In this document: positions 19,538-28,471 of the stretch, piece after piece | Numbering within the stretch: the stretch's first letter is position 1 | How the letters are laid out: each line of letters starts with the position of its first letter | Source of the DNA: Acidobacteriaceae bacterium | Lineage (GTDB): Bacteria > Acidobacteriota > Terriglobia > Bryobacterales > Bryobacteraceae | NCBI GenBank assembly: GCA_043788745.1 | Contig: JAYVTO010000310.1 | Coordinates: 1,168-65,167 of the forward strand | Length of the DNA stretch: 64,000 bases | Direction: 5' to 3' | Position numbers and translations under genes: made by a program | Notes under the pieces: model-generated | Database searches by the model: none | What the model saw: only the letters and a program-made list of their open reading frames with translations | What the model was told of the DNA's origin: nothing

Positions 19538-19584
19538 GGCGGGATCGCGCAGGTTTCAACGGCCACCCGGATGGGATTCCCGCC
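19538..19584 (-). terminator. Long hairpin just downstream of the RluA-family gene stop
   Basis: GGCGGGA ... TCCCGCC closes a 47-nt structure. On the minus strand it is followed by AUUCCGAAUUUUAAC. Confidence 0.4.
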
Positions 19585-19590
19585 GTGAAC

Positions 19591-20523
19591 CTACTGATCT
19601 AATGCGAATCCGGACGGCACAACTGCCTCAAGATGGATTTGTTCTCCGGTGATGGGGTGGTGGAATTTCAGATATTGGGCATGCAGGAAATATCCTCCAT
19701 CCCCGGGGAGGCCGGGGAGATTCTCAAGAGGCTGGCCGGATACGCCGTACAGAGGATCGCCTACCAGTGGATGGCCGATGGATGCCAGATGAATTCGGAT
19801 TTGATGAGGTCGGCCCGAATGTAGGCTTACCTCAAACGTTGTCGTGCCCGTTGTTGTGCCGGTTGTTGTAATAGCGCCGCGTATAATGTCGCGTGAGATC
19901 ACCTTTGCCAGCGACTTTGACGGTTTGCCAGTGGCCTTGGCGGCCCACACGGAACCGATCAGCGGGTGCGGTACCAGACCGATGGGTGTGAGGATTTCGT
20001 AGGCGTCGTGCTGCGCAACGTTTTGAGCCAGCGCCCGGTAGATTTTTTGAATTTTGGGTGTGTTCCAGTTTGCGAATAGAGTAGAAGCCGCCTGCGGCGT
20101 TTTGGCGAAGAGGACGATGCCGGTGGTGGCTCGGCCCAACCGGTGGACCGGGTTTGCGGCGGGCGTTTGCTTCTGCACCAGGCGCAGGAGCGTGTTTTCC
20201 ATGAATCCGCCGCCGGGGAGGGTGGGTAACCCGCTGGGTTTGTTGACGGCCAACAGATGGGGGTCTTCAAACAGGACTTCGAAGTGCTGAGGGGAGTCTG
20301 GTTCGATCCAGGGTGGGCGGTTCCAGACAAGGGTTTGGCCTAACGTGATCGATTCGCCTGCCGAAGCGGTGACGCCGTTGAGCGTGACTTCGCCGTTGTT
20401 CAGTTTTTGTTGCCAGGCTTGTGGAGTTGAATGGGGGTAAAGGCTTGCCAAGTGGGAGAGCAGGGCTTGTCCATGGTACTTGCTGCTGATGACTGTGGTG
20501 TAGGCATAGCCCTGGTTGAGCAT
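19591..20523 (-). CDS. RluA-family pseudouridine synthase (S4-like N-domain + catalytic domain)
   Basis: Catalytic motif HRLGRATTGIVLFAKT (HRLD-x-x-T-SG type), PHQIRIHLASIGHPLVGDPLYG. About 50% GC, lower than its surroundings. Contains an in-frame (GTTT)3 repeat. Confidence 0.9.
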   Translation of the reverse strand: MLNQGYAYTTVISSKYHGQALLSHLASLYPHSTPQAWQQKLNNGEVTLNGVTASAGESITLGQTLVWNRPPWIEPDSPQHFEVLFEDPHLLAVNKPSGLPTLPGGGFMENTLLRLVQKQTPAANPVHRLGRATTGIVLFAKTPQAASTLFANWNTPKIQKIYRALAQNVAQHDAYEILTPIGLVPHPLIGSVWAAKATGKPSKSLAKVISRDIIRGAITTTGTTTGTTTFEVSLHSGRPHQIRIHLASIGHPLVGDPLYGVSGQPLENLPGLPGDGGYFLHAQYLKFHHPITGEQIHLEAVVPSGFALDQ

Positions 20524-20867
20524 GTTATCTCGAGTGTAAGCGACGGCTTCGAATCTGTTGGTGTTGCATTTTGAACCCGGCGTACGAACCGATTGTGGAA
20601 ACGCCCAGAAGTGACTCGGAAGTCCCGTTGCAGTTGGCGCGATCGGCTTGCTGCCTCCACGAGAGCGGTCGTCCGATCACGGCCAAGCCTTTGTGTCAAG
20701 GCTAAACCGCAACGAGAGGGAATGGTCCAGCCGTAGACAAAATCGTCAACGAATCAGTTAGAGGCTTGTCAACAGTTACGTTAGCGAGTTACCAGACCCG
20801 TTGCCCGAGGGCGGATCGCAGGCCGTTGCCTGATCGACTCCGCCTCGGGCCATTTGCACTCCCCCGG

Positions 20868-21398
20868 TCATTGGATCTTTTGGAAGTCGTAGAAGTCACC
20901 GGGGATCTCGGGATTGAGCCGGACAGCGGAATTCGTTCCCCCCGGAATCGAAACAATTACTTTGCCGGTTGGGTCCAGCACGACGACCTCCTGGGTACCC
21001 TTCATGGTCTGGCCATCCAGACTCACTTGTAGATTAATGCGGACTTTGGTGACCGTAGCTAGAGCCCCGGCCGGGGTAAACGCGAAAACGTACATGGTCG
21101 CGAGAAACTTGCGATCCCCCACACGGACCCAAACTCCGTGAGCGGTGGTTTGTGTGCCGTCCGCCGCGGACCCGGTGGTTGTTCCGTTGGCATAGAAGGA
21201 TTGAAGGTTCAGTGTTGCCGGCTGCGTGGCGGGTCGTCCGGGAATTCTCAATTCCTGGAGCCAGGTGCCGTCCAACGTCTGATTGACAACTGCTACCGCC
21301 TTCTCCGGCGTAGTGATCGATTGAAGGATGCCTTGCGCCTGGACCTGCACAGCGGCAACCGAAAAGAAAGCGAAAGTGAGTACGTTGAATCGTTGCAT
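20868..21398 (-). CDS. Secreted hypothetical protein (176 aa)
   Basis: ORF 20868..21653 trimmed to ATG 21398, preceded by AAGGAGG. Signal peptide MQRFNVLTFAFFSVAAVQVQAQG. I recognise no family. Confidence 0.6.
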   Translation of the reverse strand: MQRFNVLTFAFFSVAAVQVQAQGILQSITTPEKAVAVVNQTLDGTWLQELRIPGRPATQPATLNLQSFYANGTTTGSAADGTQTTAHGVWVRVGDRKFLATMYVFAFTPAGALATVTKVRINLQVSLDGQTMKGTQEVVVLDPTGKVIVSIPGGTNSAVRLNPEIPGDFYDFQKIQ

Positions 21399-21564
21399 GG
21401 AAGAGACCTCCTTTGGTCTAAGCAAACGATAGACCCAGGTCTTCGCATCTCTCAAGGGCGAGAGTGTCCTCTCTGTGTAACGCCTATGTTCCCATTTAAG
21501 TATTTTTGAATCAAAGAGATCCGCATCGTGATCCCTGGACCCTTCCAGATAGTAGACTAGACGC

Positions 21565-23454
21565 ATGGATGTTCGCAGGCCACCTGTGCGCTTCGGAATC
21601 TTCGAGGTCGACCTCGCCGCGGGCGAACTGCGCAAACAGGGCCTAAAGGTCAAGCTCCAAGAGCAGCCGTTTCAAGTCTTGCTGGCGTTGCTCGAGCGCC
21701 CGCATGAGGTTGTGACTCGGGAAGAGATCCAAAAGCTCCTTTGGCCTGAGGACACCAACGTCGACTTTGACCGCGGGCTAAACCGAGCGATCAACCGCCT
21801 CCGCGAGGCCCTTGGCGACGATGCCGAAAATCCCCGGTTCGTCGAGACCCTCCCGCAAAGGGGGTATCGGTTTCTGGCGGACGTGCAGACCGCGCTACCC
21901 TCGACGCCGCAGCCTGAAATCGTAGGACCTGCGGCTGCCACTTCGCGCCCTCCAGCTCCCGGTTCGCCCCTTCAAGCTCCCCGTTTCCCGATGACGCGGC
22001 GCGGTTGGATGGCGCTTGCCGGTGGACTGGTCACCGTGCCCATTGCCGCCGTTGGCTATCGTCTCTTTCGGTCAGCTTCCCCCAAGATCGAGTCCATCGC
22101 CGTACTCCCTTTCGAGAATCTGTCCGGCAACCCGGAGCAGGAATACTTCTCGGATGGGATGACGGACGAACTGATCGGACAGATTGCCCGGATCGGTTCG
22201 CTGCGGGTGATTTCGCGAACCTCCGTGATGCAGTACAAACTCGGCGTGCGCAAGTCGCTTCCAGAAATTGCAAAAGAGCTGAACGTCGACGCCATTCTGG
22301 AAGGGACCGTGGCGCAGTCGGGCCGCAGGGTGCGCATCACCGCACAATTGATCCGCGCGCAAGACGACCGGCACATCTGGACGGAAAAGTATGAACGGGA
22401 GCTGACCGATATTCTCGCCCTTCAGGGCGAAGTCGCCAGCGCAGTGGCCGCACAGATCCAACGTCAGTTGGCTCCACAGCAGAGTTCAGCGCACGTTCGT
22501 CAAGTAAACCCGGAAGCCTATCAATTGTTCCTCAAAGGAAATTTCTTCTCGGCACAGGGGATTCGCGGAGTGACAAAGAGCATCGAGTACTTCGAGCAAG
22601 CCATCCGCATTGACTCTTCGCACGCGGAGTCTTACGCTGGCCTCGCTATGGCGATGTGCTTTGCTGGAATTTACGGCTTTCGACCGTCCTCCGAAACATA
22701 TTCCGAGGCTCGCGCGATGGCATTGAAGGCCCTTGCGATCGACAACTCCTCCGTCGTCGCGCACACCGCCCTGGCGGACGTCAAACAGGGGTATGACTGG
22801 GATTTGGCTGGAGCCGAGGTCGAATTCCGGCGCGCACTCCAGCTGAATCCGAGTTACCTTCAGGCGCGGATTATGTACGCCGAGAGCTTGACGCGAATGC
22901 ACCGCCTGGACGAAGCCGTCGCGGCGTCTGCCCAGGTAGTCTCTCTGGCTCCGGTTACGCCCGCTAGTTTCGTCGTTCGAGGGATGATATTCTTCCATGC
23001 CCGCCGCTTTCAGGAAGCGATCCAAGCAAGTCAGCAAGCGCTGGATATGGACCCAAGCTCTGCGAATGCGTTCTGGTGGCAGGGCGTGTCCTACGCAGGC
23101 TTAAATGATTTCGCAAGAGCCATATCCTGTCTCAAACAGGCTCTCGCCATGACCGAGGGATCTTTGTTTCGAGCACTTCTGGGCTACGTCTATGCACGTG
23201 CCGGAGAGCGAGCCAAAGCTCTCGCCATGCTGGACCAAGTCACGGCGATCTCCAAACTTCGCTATGTGACTCCGGTGGATTTCGCCATCATTCACGCTGG
23301 GTTGGGCAACGCGGACGCGGCGTTCGCTTGGCTGGAAAAAGCTTACACGGGTCGCGCCGTTCGGGTGGTAGAACTGCGCTCGCTGTACTTCGACGGCCTC
23401 CGCTCCGATGCCCGCTACGCAGACCTCTCGCGGCGGGTGGGTCTCCCGGTTTAG
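21565..23454 (+). CDS. CadC/ToxR-like winged-helix transcriptional regulator with TM segment and C-terminal TPR repeats
   Basis: N-terminal OmpR/PhoB-type DNA-binding domain (FEVDLAAGELRKQGLKVKLQEQPFQVLLALLE...LPQRGYRF), TM helix WMALAGGLVTVPIAAVGY, TolB-N-like segment, then TPR-like repeats. Confidence 0.8.
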   Translation: MDVRRPPVRFGIFEVDLAAGELRKQGLKVKLQEQPFQVLLALLERPHEVVTREEIQKLLWPEDTNVDFDRGLNRAINRLREALGDDAENPRFVETLPQRGYRFLADVQTALPSTPQPEIVGPAAATSRPPAPGSPLQAPRFPMTRRGWMALAGGLVTVPIAAVGYRLFRSASPKIESIAVLPFENLSGNPEQEYFSDGMTDELIGQIARIGSLRVISRTSVMQYKLGVRKSLPEIAKELNVDAILEGTVAQSGRRVRITAQLIRAQDDRHIWTEKYERELTDILALQGEVASAVAAQIQRQLAPQQSSAHVRQVNPEAYQLFLKGNFFSAQGIRGVTKSIEYFEQAIRIDSSHAESYAGLAMAMCFAGIYGFRPSSETYSEARAMALKALAIDNSSVVAHTALADVKQGYDWDLAGAEVEFRRALQLNPSYLQARIMYAESLTRMHRLDEAVAASAQVVSLAPVTPASFVVRGMIFFHARRFQEAIQASQQALDMDPSSANAFWWQGVSYAGLNDFARAISCLKQALAMTEGSLFRALLGYVYARAGERAKALAMLDQVTAISKLRYVTPVDFAIIHAGLGNADAAFAWLEKAYTGRAVRVVELRSLYFDGLRSDARYADLSRRVGLPV

Positions 23455-23475
23455 CTTCTGCCGCGGGAAAAGCGC

Positions 23476-23721
23476 ATGGTCGTGGATCCCGAGATCCGGG
23501 CTGGAAAACCAATGATCCGAAGCACGCGTCTCGCCGTCGAGGTCATGCTGGAATCCTGCGGAATAAGATGTCCGCTCCATGACGGTCACGGTTCAGTGAT
23601 CGATCAGTGCCGACATGCCCTTGGTGCCCTGCGTTGTCGTTGGGGAGGGTTGCTGGAAAAGTTTCTGCATCCGCAGGCCTGCGTCCGGCGTTCCTGTACT
23701 TCGAGGGAATTCATTACATGA
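23476..23721 (+). pseudogene. DUF433-like remnant (only the N-terminal motif is retained)
   Basis: VVDPEIRAGKPMIRSTRLAVEVMLE resembles the DUF433 core (dP-i--GkP-i-GTRi-V). The rest of the ORF has no resemblance, and no PIN/DUF5615-type partner follows. Confidence 0.3.
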
Positions 23722-23825
23722 TGGCGGCGGCCCTGCGCCTATTGATTCTCGTCTCTGTGCTCGCGGCTACCCAACTGCGCGCCGCCGAACTCGCAAATCG
23801 ACAAGCCCAAGCCCAAACACTGACG

Positions 23826-25043
23826 CTATTGCGCGATCCAGCGCACCAGCGACTTCGTATCTTTCACCACAACGCCATCCGCCATCACCAGCGGATGCGC
23901 CCACGTCTGGTTCTCCGCTACCGTGTACCGGCGAATCTCCTGGAACGAATCGCCCGACGGTTTTGCCACTACCATCTCGCCGTCGTTCAACAACGCCACC
24001 AGGCTCGTCCGGCCGATTAACAGCGCCGCGTTTTCGCCCTGCCGCGGAGCGCCGATCCACTTCGCCGCGCCCGTCGCCGCGTCCAGGCAGAACAACTGCC
24101 CCTTTTTTAAGTGCGAAAACCCAAACAGCAGATCGCCCGCGAGCACCGGCGAACTCATGTACATCGACGCGTCTCGCGTCTGCCATACCGTCTGCGGATT
24201 CCATTGGTCACCCGTATGCGCCAGCCGAATCGCCATCGTCCCCTTATCGAGGCCCGATAGGATCAATGTGTCTTTATACACCAGTGGCGTGACGCTGTTC
24301 TGTTCATAGGATGTCGTGAATGGAATCTTCCAAAGCAGCTTGCCCGACGACGCAGCTAGCCCCACAATATGCTTCTGCGTCTGCGTCACGATCTGCCGGA
24401 CGCCGCCCAGTTCGACAGCCAAAGGCGACGCATACGCCGGGCCATCGCCGGTCCAACTCCATTTCACATCGCCCGTATTCGCGTCGAACGCCATGATCGC
24501 GCCGTTGTTGTCACCGCCCACGTGTGCGATCAGCATGCCGTTATCCACAATCGGCGACATCGAGTTGCCAAACGCCGGCGACGTCTGCTTGAAGTCCTTC
24601 ACGAAATCTTTTCGCCAACGAACCTTGCCAGTCTCCGCGTCGAACGACGTTAGGATCCCGCTGATGCCGAGCCCATAGAGTCTTCCATTCGAATACACCG
24701 GTGTCGATTTCGGCCCCGCGCCGTGCTTCACGGCCGCCACGTTCACGCTATACGGAGCCGCGTACTTCTGTCGCCAACGCTCTTTACCAGTCGCCGGATC
24801 GATGCAAAAGACCGTTTCCTGCCCGTCCAACCGGGCCATCTGATAGATGCTGCCGCCAGCGAAGATCGGCGACGAATGCCCCTCGCCCACCGTGATCTCC
24901 CACTGCTTCCGAAGCTTCGCTGGCCACGCCGCGGGCTCGGCCGCCATCGCGCCATCGCGCTTCGGACCGCGCCACTCACCCCAGTCCCCGCCAAACAGCG
25001 TCACTCCGCATGTCAACGCCAGGAACAGTCGAACAGGTTTCAT
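23826..25043 (-). CDS. PQQ-like beta-propeller repeat protein (BamB-like fold), secreted
   Basis: Signal peptide MKPVRLFLALTCGVTLFG, then WGEWRGPKRDG and repeated G-x-V-x-W-R/K propeller motifs. Confidence 0.85.
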   Translation of the reverse strand: MKPVRLFLALTCGVTLFGGDWGEWRGPKRDGAMAAEPAAWPAKLRKQWEITVGEGHSSPIFAGGSIYQMARLDGQETVFCIDPATGKERWRQKYAAPYSVNVAAVKHGAGPKSTPVYSNGRLYGLGISGILTSFDAETGKVRWRKDFVKDFKQTSPAFGNSMSPIVDNGMLIAHVGGDNNGAIMAFDANTGDVKWSWTGDGPAYASPLAVELGGVRQIVTQTQKHIVGLAASSGKLLWKIPFTTSYEQNSVTPLVYKDTLILSGLDKGTMAIRLAHTGDQWNPQTVWQTRDASMYMSSPVLAGDLLFGFSHLKKGQLFCLDAATGAAKWIGAPRQGENAALLIGRTSLVALLNDGEMVVAKPSGDSFQEIRRYTVAENQTWAHPLVMADGVVVKDTKSLVRWIAQ

Positions 25044-25132
25044 AGTTTTAGGATCCCTCACACGAGATACAAGCACGCGCCTCAAACTTCAGATGCGCCA
25101 GAGCCGGAAAGGAAGCAGCAAAAATGGCGGAC

Positions 25133-25273
25133 TTACCGCCGCTTCGCGCCTTCGATCTGGCGAGCCGCATCCGGCGTGACGGAAAGATCGCTGCCAGGGC
25201 CGCGGCCGCGGTAGAGCAACAACCCCGCAATCAGCCCGGACAGAATCAACACGCCCTTCAAATTCGTCTTCAT
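25133..25273 (-). CDS. Possible small membrane protein (46 aa, below the ORF-track cutoff)
   Basis: Hand translation MKTNLKGVLILSGLIAGLLLYRGRGPGSDLSVTPDAARQIEGAKRR* has one hydrophobic helix. It sits between two same-strand genes of the operon. No clear RBS. Confidence 0.3.
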   Translation of the reverse strand: MKTNLKGVLILSGLIAGLLLYRGRGPGSDLSVTPDAARQIEGAKRR

Positions 25274-25306
25274 GGATGGCGCACTATTCCGCTGACCGAT
25301 CCTACC

Positions 25307-26149
25307 TTACTCCAGCGGCGTTCTCAGCCGATTCAGTTCCTGCAGGTACAGCCCGTTGTTCGGAAACCGTTCGTGCAGTTCCGCCAGCAGGCGACGCGCC
25401 TCGTCCGTGTTCTTGTCGCGCAAGGCAGCAACGGCGAGCAGTAGTTTGGCAAACGGCTCCAGATACCTTCCCTGTGCCGCCGTTACCCGTAATTGCGAAA
25501 TGCCTTTCTCGCGATCGATCCGCGAGCCTGTCCATCGCAACAACAACCGCACCGGAGCCGGCTTCAAGCTCAACAGGTACTGTTCAACTCCAGGCCCAAG
25601 ATACGCGTCGTACATCTTCGGATTCAGCGCCAGCAGTCGATCCGCGAATGTGCGCGCGTCTTTTGTGAATCCCAGCGCCGCAAAATCTTGTTTATCCACT
25701 AACGCCGCGTAATCCGCGCGCAAACCCAGGCTTAGCGACTTCGCGAACAGCGCCGCTTCATCGTTTCCGGACTTCGCGAGCACCGCGTCGGCCAACCGCT
25801 CCGCCTGCTGGAGCTGGGCCATGAACTGCGATTTCGCTCGCGGATCGGGCATCAACCTGGCGCGCGACAAGAACTTCTGGTCGTGGACGAAGAACTCCGA
25901 CTCAAGCGCTCCCAGCCGCGCCAACTCCGCGAATAAATGCGCCGCCGCCTCCGAAACAAACGCAAACGCATCTTCCGGATGCTCCTGCTTCCACGCCGTG
26001 AACACCTGCCGCGCTTCGTCGAACCGCAGGTCGTACATCTTCAGCCAACCCGCGTGCAGGTTTCGTGCTGGCCCAGGCTGCTCTTCGCCGCGCAACGCCG
26101 CACAGCAAAGCAGCAGACTAACGAATTTCGAAATCGATCTCGAGTTCAT
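25307..26149 (-). CDS. Secreted helical (TPR-like?) hypothetical protein
   Basis: Signal peptide MNSRSISKFVSLLLCCAALRG. The rest looks all-alpha. Overlaps the 3' end of the YceI gene by 32 nt. Confidence 0.6.
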   Translation of the reverse strand: MNSRSISKFVSLLLCCAALRGEEQPGPARNLHAGWLKMYDLRFDEARQVFTAWKQEHPEDAFAFVSEAAAHLFAELARLGALESEFFVHDQKFLSRARLMPDPRAKSQFMAQLQQAERLADAVLAKSGNDEAALFAKSLSLGLRADYAALVDKQDFAALGFTKDARTFADRLLALNPKMYDAYLGPGVEQYLLSLKPAPVRLLLRWTGSRIDREKGISQLRVTAAQGRYLEPFAKLLLAVAALRDKNTDEARRLLAELHERFPNNGLYLQELNRLRTPLE

Positions 26150-26672
26150 CCTTGACCTTTACCGTGCCCCCCGCAACACTCACCGGCTTGATGCCGAACT
26201 CCGTTTGCTTGATCCGCGTCCGTCCCGCGTAGGCGTCCCCATTCTTCCGGACGTCAAGGCGAACGGTCTTGCTGACACCATGCAGCGTCAGCGTGCCTTC
26301 CACTTTCCACACTGCGCCCGACTTCACGATGCTCGTCGAGCGAAACGCAATCGACGGGAACTTCGCGCTCTCGAGCGTCATCTCGTGCATGTCTTTCTGG
26401 ATCGTCTTCTCGTCTTTTTCAGAGACTTTGGGGTCGGGCTTCACCGTCATCTTCGCCGCGTCCACCTGGAACGCAATGCGCGCTTCGCCGGTCTCGTTGT
26501 AAGTCCCCGCAGTAATCGGAGCCGCAATCCAATGGTCGTGCGCAAGCACTGAAAGCAGCCCCGCTTTGAAAACGTGAACCGTCATGCTGCTCTTCTGGAC
26601 GTCAATCGCCCGCTCCTCCGCTGCGACGCGGACCACCGCACAGATCACCGCTCCTAATATCCGTAGTTTCAT
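26118..26672 (-). CDS. YceI-family (polyisoprenoid-binding-like) periplasmic protein
   Basis: Signal peptide, then SSMTVHVFKAGLLSVLAHDH ... TLHGVSKTV ... FGIKPVSVAGGTVKVKDELEIDFEI is typical of the YceI lipocalin-like fold. ATGA overlap with the upstream monooxygenase. Confidence 0.85.
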   Translation of the reverse strand: MKLRILGAVICAVVRVAAEERAIDVQKSSMTVHVFKAGLLSVLAHDHWIAAPITAGTYNETGEARIAFQVDAAKMTVKPDPKVSEKDEKTIQKDMHEMTLESAKFPSIAFRSTSIVKSGAVWKVEGTLTLHGVSKTVRLDVRKNGDAYAGRTRIKQTEFGIKPVSVAGGTVKVKDELEIDFEIR

Positions 26673-27829
26673 GCCTTAACCTCGTAAGAATAAATTCGCT
26701 TCAAATTGCGTTCGAAGAGCCTTGCGGGCAGCATGCGCGTAACCTGCTGACGGCACGACACCAGCACTGGATGCTCCCATTGCCCGACCCAGCCGAGCAG
26801 CAACGAACGCTCGGTCAAGTGCCGCGTACGCGGTTCGCGCAGTGCCTCATAAGCGCGGAACGCGTGCGGCATGTCGCTCGAAGCACGCACGCAGTTCGCC
26901 AGCGTCCAGGCGTCTTCAATCGCCAGGCAGCCCCCCTGCCCGAGATTCGGTGTAAGTGGATGCGCCGCATCGCCCAGCAACGTCACCGCGCCTTTGCCCC
27001 AATGCCTCAACGGCGTCCGGTCGTGCGCGTCGTTGCGAAGAATCGACTCCGCCGGTGTGCTGGCAATCAACTGCGGAATCGGTTCGTGCCAGTCGGCAAA
27101 CGCCGAAAGCAACTCTTGTTTCCGCGCGCCCGGATCCGTGCTCCATCCCGTTGGGCGGATCGTGCGGCCCAGGTTCGTCGTGCCGTACCAAGTGAATCGT
27201 CCGGCTCCCATCGCGAGAATGCCGAAGCGTTTTCCCGGCCCCCACGTCTCGCTGTTGTGTTGCGCGGGCATGTTTGAGCCGGAGTAGAACCCGACGCCCC
27301 GGCTAATCGTATAGCCGCGAAACACCGGCTCTGCCTCCCCAAACAAGCTCGCGCGGACTCGTGACCGGATCCCATCCGCGCCGATCACCGCATCGCATTC
27401 GCGCTCTTGTCCGTTCTTGAATCGCACCCGCAGCCGCCCGCCGGCCTCGACAAGTGCTTCCAATTCGTGACCGAGATGAATGCTCTCGGCTGGAACGTGA
27501 TCGAGCATCACCGAAAGCAGATCCGCACGATGCGTGCACAACGCCGGCACTTCGAAGCCGCCGAGTTCCAGGTCCATCAGAACGCGGCCGTCTTCGCGGC
27601 GAACCAGAAAATGGGTGGCGTCGCCGCTCTTCGCTTTCAACTCTTCGAGCAGACCCATGTCGCGCAGAGCACGCGTTGCGTTCGGCCACAGGCTCAACCC
27701 GGAGCCCACTTCGCCCACCTTCGGCGCGCGTTCGTAGACATCCGCCGCAACGCCCAGCCTGCGCAAAGCCACGGCGGTGGCCACGCCGCCGATCCCACCC
27801 CCGATAATGCAAATGCTTGGTTGAGCCAT
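26669..27829 (-). CDS. FAD-dependent aromatic-ring monooxygenase (salicylate-hydroxylase/UbiH-like)
   Basis: ICIIGGGIGGVATAVALRRLG (GxGxxG), DAVIGADGIRS, LLGDAAHPLTPNLGQGGCLAIEDA. Start taken at ATG 27829. Alternatives at 27850 and 27865. Confidence 0.9.
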   Translation of the reverse strand: MAQPSICIIGGGIGGVATAVALRRLGVAADVYERAPKVGEVGSGLSLWPNATRALRDMGLLEELKAKSGDATHFLVRREDGRVLMDLELGGFEVPALCTHRADLLSVMLDHVPAESIHLGHELEALVEAGGRLRVRFKNGQERECDAVIGADGIRSRVRASLFGEAEPVFRGYTISRGVGFYSGSNMPAQHNSETWGPGKRFGILAMGAGRFTWYGTTNLGRTIRPTGWSTDPGARKQELLSAFADWHEPIPQLIASTPAESILRNDAHDRTPLRHWGKGAVTLLGDAAHPLTPNLGQGGCLAIEDAWTLANCVRASSDMPHAFRAYEALREPRTRHLTERSLLLGWVGQWEHPVLVSCRQQVTRMLPARLFERNLKRIYSYEVKA

Positions 27830-28054
27830 CGTGCCTTGCCGAACCGTCATTGTACTTCGGCCCAAATTAGTGACGTTGACAGATGGAAGACTGTTCCATC
27901 CCTGGCGCTTCCTTCAGGCTACCTAAAGGTGTGCCATACTGGAAGTCGAGGTTTGCAAGTTCCGCTAATTTGGCTCTTTCGATTCGACCGGTCCAACCGC
28001 ATTGTCCGATCCTGCCGAGATTCGCTGCTCTTCAAATTCTAGAAAGAAGATCAA

Positions 28055-28369
28055 ATGATTAACATTTTTGTTGGTAATCTCAGCTACGGCGCGACCGAAG
28101 ATTCGGTGCGTTCTCTGTTTGAGCAATACGGAACGGTCGAGCGCGTGAGCATCGTCACGGATCGCGAAACCGGCCAGGCGAAGGGATTCGGATTCGTTGA
28201 GATGAGCGGAGCCGAAGAAGCACAGCGCGCGATCGACAACTTGAACGGCCGCGAACTGAACGGTCGCGCGTTGACAATCAACGAAGCGCGTCCGAAGGCC
28301 GAGCGCAGCTTCGGCGGCGGCGGCGGCGGTGGCGGACAGCGCCGCGGCAACAACAACAACCGCTGGTAA
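28055..28369 (+). CDS. RRM-type RNA-binding protein with Gly-rich tail
   Basis: RNP2 IFVGNL and RNP1 KGFGFVEM, with a C-terminal GGGGGGGQRRGNNNNRW tail. Confidence 0.9.
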   Translation: MINIFVGNLSYGATEDSVRSLFEQYGTVERVSIVTDRETGQAKGFGFVEMSGAEEAQRAIDNLNGRELNGRALTINEARPKAERSFGGGGGGGGQRRGNNNNRW

Positions 28370-28398
28370 CTTCGGTCGGAGACCAGTTGTAGAAATGA

Positions 28399-28430
28399 AA
28401 AAGGGCAGCGCGCGAGCGCTGCCCTTTTTT
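28399..28430. terminator. Rho-independent terminator (bidirectional position)
   Basis: AAAAAGGGCAGCGC-GCGA-GCGCTGCCCTTTTTT lies between the convergent RRM and STAS genes. Confidence 0.75.
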
Positions 28431-28471
28431 GCATTCCGTGGTCTCAGGCACTCGCCTCATCCCTCGAACGC

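Noticed and set aside
25100-25125. SRP-RNA-like string GAGCCGGAAAGGAAGCAGCA
   Set aside because: It resembles the 4.5S domain IV sequence (GGUCCGGAAGGAAGCAGC). However, the tetraloop-closing pairs do not form, no complementary 3' strand follows, and it lies in an operon-internal spacer.
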